Shown: one piece after another, positions 27,149-35,539 of the stretch
Position numbering within the stretch: the first letter of the stretch is position 1
How the letters are laid out: every line of letters begins with the position of its first letter
Assembly: GCA_963702005.1 (NCBI GenBank)
Contig: OY969696.1
Location: 1,088,001-1,152,000, forward strand
From: Candidatus Aminicenantes bacterium
GTDB lineage: Bacteria > Acidobacteriota > Aminicenantia > Aminicenantales > JAFGBC01
DNA: 64,000 nucleotides
Reading direction: 5' to 3'
Program-made: the position numbers and the translations under genes
Notes under the pieces: generated by a model
Databases searched by the model: none
What the model was told of the DNA's origin: nothing
The model's input: only the letters and a program-made list of their open reading frames with translations

Positions 27149-29413
27149 ATGGATCAACACCGAAAGCGGTTTCTTGGATTGTTTCTGATCGGATTCATTC
27201 TTTCCGCAGCCGTCGCTCGGCCAGACCAGGCCCTGACCTGGAGCCGGATCGGCAAAGGCGGCCTGGACGGACCGTATAACCCGCTTCAGGAGGATCTGAA
27301 CGCCGCCTGCCTGTTCGGCGGCAAGCTCTGCGTCGGAACCTGGGGCGGCCAGATTTGGAGCTATGACGGAAGCGAGTGGGTTCTGATCCACAAGCCCAAG
27401 CCGGGCAAGAACCTCATCCGGGAAGTGCAATCCCTGGCCGTCCTCGGGGATTACCTCTATGCCGGCATGTACCTGAGCAATCAAACCTGCCAGGTTTGGC
27501 GGACCAGCGGCACGGGGAAGCTTCCCTATCGATGGACGAAAGTCAGCGGCGCCGCGAATATCGAAAATTCCGAGGCTCATGAAGCGCCTTCAATGGCTGT
27601 CGTCAAAGGGGTTCTTTATGTCGGTACAGAGGGCTATTACGGCTGCCAGGTCTGGTCGTACAACGGCAGCGCTTGGACCGAGGTTGTCGGGCAAGGTTCC
27701 GCCGGCTCGGCCACCGGTCCCGGCTTCGGCGACAAAGCGAATTACGTGGCGAGCTCCATGACTTCATCCGCGTCGGGCGATCTTTATGTCGGCACGGGCC
27801 GGCATGACGGAGGCGAGGTCTGGCGGCTGAACAGCTCGGGCTGGGCCATGGTCAACAAGCCCGGCTTCGGGGTCTCTTCTAATTTCCGTATCCAAACCCT
27901 GGCCTTCTTCAACGACAGCCTCTATGGGGGCACCATCAATGATGAGAAGGGCGCCCAGGTCTGGAAATACGTCGGGCCCGGCCCGTCGAATTGGAAGGCG
28001 GTCGGGCTCAACGGAATGGGCGATGTCAAGAACAGGCTCGTCGCCTCCGCGGCCGTCTTCGGGGACCCCGCCCGACTGTATGTGATTACGGATAACGGAG
28101 AACGAGGCTGTCAGGTTTTGAGGACGAACGGGAAGACCTGGGAGAAGGCCAACGCGAACGGATTTGGAGAGGGTCCGACCAATTGCATAGGCGGGTTCCT
28201 GGCCGTCTTCAGGGGGAAACTCACCGCCGGCTTGGACAGCGATTTCGGCGGCCGGGTCTACGCGACGGCCGGCGGCGCCAAGGTCCCCTTCGCCTGGACG
28301 CAGGTGAACGACTCCGGTTTCACCCGGAACGACAACGAACTGTTCGGGGCCGCGGCCTTCTTTGGCGGAAAGCTTTATGTCGGGACCCATAACTCCCTGG
28401 GCTGCGAAGTCTGGCGTTACGAAGGGAACGGCTGGACCCAGGTCGCGACGGGCGGGTTCGGCGATCCCTACAACGATAGCGTGTGGTCCATGGCCGTCGC
28501 CAACGGCTATCTCTACGCCGGCGCCGAGAATTGGGAGACGGGGGCCGAGATCTGGCGCTACGACGGGTCGAAATGGACCCAGGCCAACAAGAGCGGGTTC
28601 GGGGACGCCTCGTCGGGAATGGCCAGCGCCATGGCCGTCCACCAGAACAAGCTCTACGTGGGGACGCGGAACTATGACCACGGTGCTACGATTTGGCGTT
28701 GCGACGGTCTCAAAACATCCCAATGGACGAAGGTCAACACGAACGGCTTCGGCGTTTTGGCGACGATCGGAATCCAGTCCTTGGCCGTCTTCAGTAATAA
28801 GCTCTATGCCGGGACCCTGGACGAGAGCGGCCGCTGCCGGGTCTGGAGGTACGACGGCCCCGGGCCGTCCGGGTGGACGGCGGCGAACGAGGCGGGGTTC
28901 GGCGTCGATAGCAACTATGCCGCGTCCGGCCTGGCCGTTTATACGGGGGCGCTCTATGCGGAGACTTGGACCGAGGGCAACGGCGGTTGCGAGGTGTGGC
29001 GCTACTCCGGCGCCGGTACGGCCTGGAGCCAGGTCAACGTCGGCGGCTTCGGGAAAGCCGCCAATGAATATGCGGATTCCATGATCGTCTTCAAAAATCT
29101 CATGTATGTCGGCACCTGGAACGAGTCGAACGGGGGCGAGATCTGGTCTTACGACGGCAGCGTCTGGAGCCAGGTCAATAAATCCGGATTCGGGGCCAAC
29201 ACCAACATCGGGATCGAATCGATCGCCAGCGATGGGACCGATCTTTACGCCGGGACCGAGAATGACTTCACCGGCGGCGAGGTCTGGACGACCGGGACCG
29301 GGAGCGCGAGCCCCCCGATCTTCCGGGCGGCTCCGTTCCCGTCGATCCCGCGAGTGCATCGGAGGCATCCGAGAGAAGCCTCCCAGCCGAGGCTTCATTC
29401 CCGGACGCGGTAG
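27149..29413 (+). CDS. Secreted tandem beta-propeller repeat protein, paralog 1
   Basis: Signal peptide; about 14 repeats of W.Q.N..GFG...N.....LYVGT....G.E.W.YDG; ATG after GGGAGG. Confidence 0.75.
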   Translation: MDQHRKRFLGLFLIGFILSAAVARPDQALTWSRIGKGGLDGPYNPLQEDLNAACLFGGKLCVGTWGGQIWSYDGSEWVLIHKPKPGKNLIREVQSLAVLGDYLYAGMYLSNQTCQVWRTSGTGKLPYRWTKVSGAANIENSEAHEAPSMAVVKGVLYVGTEGYYGCQVWSYNGSAWTEVVGQGSAGSATGPGFGDKANYVASSMTSSASGDLYVGTGRHDGGEVWRLNSSGWAMVNKPGFGVSSNFRIQTLAFFNDSLYGGTINDEKGAQVWKYVGPGPSNWKAVGLNGMGDVKNRLVASAAVFGDPARLYVITDNGERGCQVLRTNGKTWEKANANGFGEGPTNCIGGFLAVFRGKLTAGLDSDFGGRVYATAGGAKVPFAWTQVNDSGFTRNDNELFGAAAFFGGKLYVGTHNSLGCEVWRYEGNGWTQVATGGFGDPYNDSVWSMAVANGYLYAGAENWETGAEIWRYDGSKWTQANKSGFGDASSGMASAMAVHQNKLYVGTRNYDHGATIWRCDGLKTSQWTKVNTNGFGVLATIGIQSLAVFSNKLYAGTLDESGRCRVWRYDGPGPSGWTAANEAGFGVDSNYAASGLAVYTGALYAETWTEGNGGCEVWRYSGAGTAWSQVNVGGFGKAANEYADSMIVFKNLMYVGTWNESNGGEIWSYDGSVWSQVNKSGFGANTNIGIESIASDGTDLYAGTENDFTGGEVWTTGTGSASPPIFRAAPFPSIPRVHRRHPREASQPRLHSRTR

Positions 29414-29498
29414 CCCGGACTTTCCGAGGGCGCCTGACAGCCGGGGCGGCGTCCGCCAAGCCGGCCGCCGGAGCGCCGCGCCGTCTGTGAGGGTCGCC

Positions 29499-29528
29499 TT
29501 GACAAGTCGCCGGACATGGCGTTATCTT
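29499..29528 (+). promoter_or_regulatory. Promoter TTGACA-N18-TATCTT for paralog 2
   Basis: Conserved with 32091-32120 in the duplicated intergenic region. Confidence 0.6.
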
Positions 29529-29618
29529 CGGCGTATAGAATTATCATAATCCCCGGATAGGCGCCGAGATCCGCGAATTTTTGTCGTGGCCCGGGCAAGG
29601 GGGAGGAAGGGAGATTTC

Positions 29619-31898
29619 GTGAACAAGCATGGCAAGGCGTTATTGGCGTCTTTGTTTGTCGCGGCGATTTTGACCGCGGCGGCCTTCGCCGACGAGGCCC
29701 TGACCTGGAGCCGGATCGGTAAAGGCGGCCTGGACGGGCCGTATAATTATCTCCAGTATGGCCTCAACGCCCCCTGCGTTTTCAAGGGGGCTCTTTATGT
29801 CGGCACCGGCGGCGGCATGTCGTTCGGCGGCCAAATCTGGCGCTATGACGGGCACGAGTGGGTCATGGTCCATAAGCCCAAGCCGGGCCATACGCGAATT
29901 GACGCGGTGACGACTCTGGCCGTCCTCGGCGATTATCTCTATGGGGGCATGTCTGTCAACGACGGGACCTGCGAGGTCTGGCGTACCGACGGGACGGGGA
30001 AGCCCCCCTATCGCTGGACCAAGATCAGCGCGCCGGCGAACATCAGCCAGCAATATACGTACATGGTGAGTTCGATGACCGTCGTCAACGGATATCTGTA
30101 CTGCGGCACCTGGAACAACGTGAAGGCTTGTCAGGTCTGGAAATACAGCGGAAGCGCCTGGACCCAGGTCGTCGGGCAAGGCCCCTCGGGATCGCCCACC
30201 GGCCCGGGCTTCGGCAATAAGAATAACTACGTGGCGCGGTCCATGACCTCTTCGGCCTCGGGAGATCTTTATGTCGGGACGGGCAACAGCGGGGGCGGCG
30301 AGGTCTGGCGGCTGACGAGCTCCGGCTGGACCAAGCTCAACAAGCCCGGATTCGGCGCGTCCAAGAACTCCTACATCAGCGTCCTTATCTTCTTCAAGAA
30401 CAGCCTCTATGCGGGCACCCAGAATTACACTAAGGGCGCCCAGGTCTGGAAATATTTGGGGCCGGGCCCCGCGAACTGGAAGGCGATCGGGCTCAACGGG
30501 ATGGGCGACGCCAACAATTATAATATCGGCGCGGCGGCGGTCTTCGGAAACCCGGGCTGGCTGTATATCATCACCGCGAACTATGAAAACGGCTGCCAGG
30601 TCCTGAGGACCAACGGAACGAAATGGGAGAAGGCCAACGCAAACGGGTTCGGGGAGGGGAAGACCAACGGGGATGGCGGCGCCCTGGCTGTCTTTGACGG
30701 CAAGCTCTATGCCGGATTGAACGGCGATTTCGGCAGCCGGGTCTACGCGACCGCGGGCGGCGCCAAGGTGCCGTTCGCCTGGACGCTGACGAATGATTCC
30801 GGATTCAGCCTGAACGACAACGAAAGGATCGGCTGCTCGGCGTTCTTCGGCGGAAAGCTCTACGTCGGGACCTATAACGGCCTGGGCTGCGAAATCTGGC
30901 GCTATGAGGGGAACGCCTGGACCCAGGTCGTCTCGGGCGGGTTTGGAGATCCTAATAATTATGAAGCCGAGTCCATGGCCGTCGCGGACGGCTATCTTTA
31001 CGTCGGGACCGGCAACTGGCTGACCGGCGCCGAGGTCTGGCGCTATGACGGGTCGAAGTGGACCCAGGCCAACAAGGACGGATTCGGAGACGCGACATCG
31101 GGTGAAGCCGCGGCAATGATCGTTCACCAGGACAAACTCTACGTTGGCACGCAGAGCTATAACACCAAGGCCAAGGTTTGGAGATGCGACGGCCTCAAGA
31201 CGACCCAATGGACGAAGGTCAACACCAACGGCTTCGGCATGGCCACCACGGTGGGCGCGATATCGTTCGCCGTCTTAAACAACAAGCTTTACGCCGGGAC
31301 CTACGATATGAACGATCCCTGCCACGCTTGGAGGTATGACGGCCCCGGGCCGTCGAACTGGACGCTGGTCAGCGCGGAGGGGTTCGGAAACAAGGCAAAC
31401 CACGGAGTGGACGCGCTGGCCGTCTATAAGGACGCCCTCTACGCGAGCGTCTACTCCGCCGATCAGACAGGCTGCCAAATCTGGCGCTATTCGGGCAACG
31501 GAACGAGCTGGAGCCGGGTCAACGTCAGCGGTTTCGGCAAGGCCAACAACGGTATGGCGGACGCCATGATCGTCTTTAAAAATCTTCTGTACGTCGGCAC
31601 CTGGAACGGGGTGAACGGGGGAGAAATCTGGTCCTACGACGGCGGCGTCTGGAGCCAGGCCAATAAGAGCGGCTTCGGGACCAATAATAATTACGGAGTC
31701 CTCACTCTGGCGGGCGACGGCGCCGATCTTTACGCCGGCACCGTGAACGACATGACCGGCGGCGAGGTCTGGACGACCGGGGCGGGGAGCGACAGCCCCC
31801 TGATCCTCCGGGCCAACCCATTCCCGTCGTTCCCGAAAGCTCATCGGAAGTACCCGAAGGAAGCCTACCAGTCGAGATTTCATTCCCGGACGCGATAG
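29619..31898 (+). CDS. Secreted tandem beta-propeller repeat protein, paralog 2
   Basis: 14 LY(V/A)GT-type repeats counted; signal peptide AFA|DE; GTG start after AAGGGAG. Confidence 0.75.
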   Translation: MNKHGKALLASLFVAAILTAAAFADEALTWSRIGKGGLDGPYNYLQYGLNAPCVFKGALYVGTGGGMSFGGQIWRYDGHEWVMVHKPKPGHTRIDAVTTLAVLGDYLYGGMSVNDGTCEVWRTDGTGKPPYRWTKISAPANISQQYTYMVSSMTVVNGYLYCGTWNNVKACQVWKYSGSAWTQVVGQGPSGSPTGPGFGNKNNYVARSMTSSASGDLYVGTGNSGGGEVWRLTSSGWTKLNKPGFGASKNSYISVLIFFKNSLYAGTQNYTKGAQVWKYLGPGPANWKAIGLNGMGDANNYNIGAAAVFGNPGWLYIITANYENGCQVLRTNGTKWEKANANGFGEGKTNGDGGALAVFDGKLYAGLNGDFGSRVYATAGGAKVPFAWTLTNDSGFSLNDNERIGCSAFFGGKLYVGTYNGLGCEIWRYEGNAWTQVVSGGFGDPNNYEAESMAVADGYLYVGTGNWLTGAEVWRYDGSKWTQANKDGFGDATSGEAAAMIVHQDKLYVGTQSYNTKAKVWRCDGLKTTQWTKVNTNGFGMATTVGAISFAVLNNKLYAGTYDMNDPCHAWRYDGPGPSNWTLVSAEGFGNKANHGVDALAVYKDALYASVYSADQTGCQIWRYSGNGTSWSRVNVSGFGKANNGMADAMIVFKNLLYVGTWNGVNGGEIWSYDGGVWSQANKSGFGTNNNYGVLTLAGDGADLYAGTVNDMTGGEVWTTGAGSDSPLILRANPFPSFPKAHRKYPKEAYQSRFHSRTR

Positions 31899-31918
31899 CC
31901 CGGCCTCTTCGGAAGCCC

Positions 31919-32030
31919 TTGACCCGTTCGCCGACGCCAAGCCCCGCCTTTCAAGGCGGGGATGAGAGCGAGGCTCAGGGTTAATCATGAACAAGCCCCG
32001 GCCTTCAGGCCGGGGAGTCGATGATTTGAC
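31919..32030 (+). mobile_element. TTGAC-bounded hairpin element, copy 3 (112 bp incl. both TTGAC)
   Basis: Shared ends; hairpins CCCCGCCTT-TC-AAGGCGGGG and CCCCGGCC-TTCA-GGCCGGGG; absent from the paralogous site at 29434. Confidence 0.85.
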
Positions 32031-32090
32031 AGCCGGGGCGGTATCTCTCCGGTCCGGCCCTGGAGCGCCGCGTCGTCCCTGAAGGCCGCC

Positions 32091-32120
32091 TTGACAAACC
32101 GCAGGGCCCGGCGGTATCCT
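32091..32120 (+). promoter_or_regulatory. Promoter TTGACA-N18-TATCCT for paralog 3
   Basis: Paralogous to 29499-29528. Confidence 0.6.
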
Positions 32121-32212
32121 CGGCGCATAGACAACATCATGACCCCCAATCGACGGCCGGTGTCTCCGCGCTTGGGCCGCGGCCCGCGCGCGGGCGGGGG
32201 AAGGGAGGTCGC

Positions 32213-34447
32213 TTGAACGATCGTCGAAGGATTATTGGCGCTTCTGTGCTAGTTGTTTTGCTATTGACCGCGACCGCGTTCGCTGACCAGGCCTTGACCT
32301 GGAACAGAATCGGCCGCGGCGGACTCGACGGACCGTATAGTCCGATTCAATATGGCCCGGGAGCCTCATGCCTATTCAACGGCAAGCTGTATTACGGCAC
32401 CGAGGGCGGTTGGTCGTTTGGCGGCCAAATCTGGTGCTATGACGGACATGACTGGGTCATAGTCCATAAGCCAAAAGCGGGCAAGCCGCGCATCACCTCC
32501 GTTACGGCCCTGGCCGTCCTCGGAGATTATCTCTACGCCGGCATGAACCTCACCGACAACTCTTGCCAGGTCTGGCGCACAAAAGGGACGGGGAAGCCCC
32601 CCTATCAATGGACAAAAGTCAGCGGTCCGGCGAATATCGAGAATGACGACGCCGAAGAAGTGCCTTCGATGACGGTCATCAAGAGCCTTCTTTATGTGGC
32701 CGCACGAAGCAGCAACTATGGCTGCCAGGTCTGGGCGTACAACGGCAGCGCTTGGAGCCAGGTCGTCGGGCAAGGCCCCTCGGGGTCTCCCACCGGACCG
32801 GGCTTCGGCACCAAGGATAATTACAATGCGCCGTCCATGGTCTCGTCAGCCGCCGGCGACCTCTATGTGGGGACGTCCAATTCCAAAGGCGCCGAGGTCT
32901 GGCGCAAGAATAAATCGGGTTGGGCCAAGCTCAACAATCCGGGCTTCGGCACGTCCAAAAATTACATCGTTAATGTCTTGATCTTTTTCAAGAACAGCCT
33001 CTACGCGGGTACCAGGAATTGGGATCAAGGCTGCCAAATCTGGAAATACCTCGGGCCGAGCCCCTCGAACTGGAAAGCGGTCGTCAAGGGCGGCTTGGGC
33101 GATCCCAAAAATGAGACCGTGGCGTCCGCGGCCGTCTTCGGGACCCCCGGCTACCTTTTCTTCATAACGGAAAACAGAGAATCAGGCTGCCAGGTCCTGA
33201 GGACGAACGGAACAAAGTGGGAGAAGGCCAACAAGAGCGGATTCGGAGAGGGACACGCCAATCCCTGGGGGACCAATTTGATCGTCTTCAACGGCGAGCT
33301 CTATAGCGGCGTGGACAGCTGGTTCGGCGCCCGGATCTACGCGACGAGCGGCGGCTCCAAGCTCCCCTTCGCCTGGACCCTGGTGAACGAAAACGGCTTC
33401 TCCACCAACGACAACGAAGATGCCCCGTCCGCGGCCATCTTCGGCGGACGGCTCCACATCGGGACCTTCAACGGCCTGGGCTGCGAGGTCTGGCGCTATG
33501 AAGGGAACGGCTGGATCCAGGTCGCCTCGAGCGGTTTCGGAGATCTGAACAACTCTGAAGCGATGTCCATGGCCTCCGCCGGCGGCTTTCTCTATGTCGG
33601 GACCTACAACGGGGAAACGGGAGCCGAGATCTGGCGCTACGACGGGTCCAAATGGACCCAGGCCAATAAAAACGGATTCGGGGACGCGTCGACGGAAAAT
33701 GCGCAAGCGATGATCGTATATCAAGGAAAGCTCTATGTCGGGACCGAGAGCTATAAAACCAAGGGCAAGGTCTGGCGCTGCGACGGCCCCGGGGCCTCCC
33801 AATGGACGCAGGTCAACACGAACGGATTCGGCGTCTCCCACACCATCGGCGTCAATACGTTCGTCGTCTTCAACGACAAGCTCTACGCGGGGACCTACGA
33901 TTCCAACGATCCCTGCCGCGTCTGGAGATACGACGGCCCCGGCCCGACCGGTTGGACGGCGGTCAGCCTGGAAGGTTTCGGCAACAAGGACAACCACGAG
34001 GTCAATCAGCTGGCCGTCTATAAGGGAGCCCTCTATGCGTTAGTCTGGAACGCCGCCATGACCGGCTGCGAGGCATGGCGATACTCCGGAAGCGGAACGA
34101 TCTGGTCCAAGGTCAACGTCAGCGGATTCGGGAAGCAAAACAACAGCTCCGCCTACAGCATGCTCGCCTTCTCGAATAAGTTGTACGTCGGCACCGTGAA
34201 CGGGACGAACGGAGGCGAAATCTGGGCGTATGACGGGAGCGTCTGGAGCCAGGCGAATAAGAGCGGGTTCGGAACCAACAATAATAGGTCGATTTCCGTT
34301 CTCATCAGCGACGGCGGCAATCTCTATACCGGGACGAACAACAGCGCGACCGGCTGCGAGGTCTGGACGACCGGGGCGGGGAGCTCGAGCCCCCTGATCT
34401 GGCGGGCCAGCCCGTTTTCGGCCCCCCGGAAGCCCCGGCGGCGGTAG
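32213..34447 (+). CDS. Secreted tandem beta-propeller repeat protein, paralog 3
   Basis: Colinear with paralogs 1 and 2; signal peptide AFA|DQ; TTG start after GGGAGG. Confidence 0.75.
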   Translation: MNDRRRIIGASVLVVLLLTATAFADQALTWNRIGRGGLDGPYSPIQYGPGASCLFNGKLYYGTEGGWSFGGQIWCYDGHDWVIVHKPKAGKPRITSVTALAVLGDYLYAGMNLTDNSCQVWRTKGTGKPPYQWTKVSGPANIENDDAEEVPSMTVIKSLLYVAARSSNYGCQVWAYNGSAWSQVVGQGPSGSPTGPGFGTKDNYNAPSMVSSAAGDLYVGTSNSKGAEVWRKNKSGWAKLNNPGFGTSKNYIVNVLIFFKNSLYAGTRNWDQGCQIWKYLGPSPSNWKAVVKGGLGDPKNETVASAAVFGTPGYLFFITENRESGCQVLRTNGTKWEKANKSGFGEGHANPWGTNLIVFNGELYSGVDSWFGARIYATSGGSKLPFAWTLVNENGFSTNDNEDAPSAAIFGGRLHIGTFNGLGCEVWRYEGNGWIQVASSGFGDLNNSEAMSMASAGGFLYVGTYNGETGAEIWRYDGSKWTQANKNGFGDASTENAQAMIVYQGKLYVGTESYKTKGKVWRCDGPGASQWTQVNTNGFGVSHTIGVNTFVVFNDKLYAGTYDSNDPCRVWRYDGPGPTGWTAVSLEGFGNKDNHEVNQLAVYKGALYALVWNAAMTGCEAWRYSGSGTIWSKVNVSGFGKQNNSSAYSMLAFSNKLYVGTVNGTNGGEIWAYDGSVWSQANKSGFGTNNNRSISVLISDGGNLYTGTNNSATGCEVWTTGAGSSSPLIWRASPFSAPRKPRRR

Positions 34448-34460
34448 CCCAAAAAAAAGC

Positions 34461-34489
34461 TTGAAATCCGGCTTGATTCCGGCTAAGAT
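34461..34489 (+). promoter_or_regulatory. Promoter TTGAAA-N17-TAAGAT for the RRM gene
   Basis: Sequence match; implies a leader of about 125 nt. Confidence 0.55.
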
Positions 34490-34619
34490 TGGGAAGCCTA
34501 AATAAAGGCAGAGGGCACGGGCCCTATCGGTGCATACTCCTCTCCTTTATTTGGACGATTTTTAGTGTGGGACCCCCGGGGTGCCTCCCGGGGATGATCC
34601 CTCGCCAAAGGAGACGAGT

Positions 34620-34910
34620 ATGAACATCTACGTAGGCAACCTTTCTTTCAGCGTGTCCGAGGCCGACCTTAAGGAGGCCTTCGGGGCCTTCGGCGCCGTC
34701 TCGAGCGCGTCGATCATCAAGGACAAGTTCAGCGGCGAATCCCGGGGTTTCGGCTTCGTCGAGATGCCCGCCAAGGAAGAGGCCGACAAGGCCATCGCCG
34801 CCCTCAACGGCAAGGATCTCAAGGGCCGCGCCCTCAAGGTCAACGAGGCGAAGCCTCGGACGGACCGGCCGCGGAGCGGCGGGTTCGGCGGCGGCGGCCG
34901 GCGCTACTGA
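34620..34910 (+). CDS. RRM (RNP-1) RNA-binding protein with Gly-rich tail
   Basis: MNIYVGNLSF, RGFGFVEM, GRALKVNEA, GGGRRY. Confidence 0.95.
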   Translation: MNIYVGNLSFSVSEADLKEAFGAFGAVSSASIIKDKFSGESRGFGFVEMPAKEEADKAIAALNGKDLKGRALKVNEAKPRTDRPRSGGFGGGGRRY

Positions 34911-35011
34911 GCGACGGGTCTGGCCGCTTGCCCCGGGCCGCGCTCGGGCATCAGCGGAGCTTCGAGCGACGCGCGTATGCCCCGAGCGGGGCCGGGTAAG
35001 AAGGAGAGCCA

Positions 35012-35224
35012 TTGCCGAAGAGCAACAGAGCCTATAAAAGCGCCAAAAGGACTAAAGAGCTCAACCGCCAGAAGAAACGGGATGAAAAACGGCGGAAGCG
35101 TAAAGATCGGCAGTCTCCCGAAGGCGGGACCCCGGACGTCGGGCTTCCCGAAGGCGAAACCCCGGACGGGGCCACGGCCGAAACTCCGGAAGGAACCGAG
35201 ACGCCGAATCCTTCCGAAGGCTGA
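35012..35224 (+). CDS. Small hypothetical protein, basic N-terminus and acidic C-terminus
   Basis: TTG start after AAGGAGAG; KRTKELNRQKKRDEKRRKRK then E/P/T-rich tail. Confidence 0.6.
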   Translation: MPKSNRAYKSAKRTKELNRQKKRDEKRRKRKDRQSPEGGTPDVGLPEGETPDGATAETPEGTETPNPSEG

Positions 35225-35257
35225 GGAGCCTCGGCCGGGCTCGGGGCCCGGCCGTCT

Positions 35258-35458
35258 TCAGCGTTTACGGCGTCCGACCTCCGTTCCGTCATCGCAGGGC
35301 TCATCCGCGTTGTAATTCCTGGCCATCTCCGGATTGGGAGCGACCGTGCAAAAGGGGAGAGGCTCCATTTCCTTCCCGCAACAGACGGGGACGGCAGCGC
35401 CGGCCTTGACCGTTACCTGTTTATCGCAGATCCGGCACACGTAGGTTTTATCGCTCAT
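35258..35458 (-). CDS. Desulforedoxin-like small metal-binding protein
   Basis: YVCRIC-x14-CCGKEM motif; ATG after GGAGGAAGG. Confidence 0.65.
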   Translation of the reverse strand: MSDKTYVCRICDKQVTVKAGAAVPVCCGKEMEPLPFCTVAPNPEMARNYNADEPCDDGTEVGRRKR

Positions 35459-35539
35459 ATCCTTCCTCCGCGGACGATCGCGATCCGATCGGCATATCCA
35501 CGATACCATGCCGGCGGGCTGCTATCAAGCGGCCGGGGG

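Noticed and set aside
27149-34447. Diversity-generating retroelement target genes
   Set aside because: No reverse transcriptase or template repeat; differences among paralogs are not adenine-specific
34931-34996. Imperfect inverted repeat CGCTCGGGCAT/ATGCCCCGAGCG, with CGCTCGGGCA also near 26933
   Set aside because: Only a short match between two sites in GC-rich DNA; insufficient to call a repeat family or terminator
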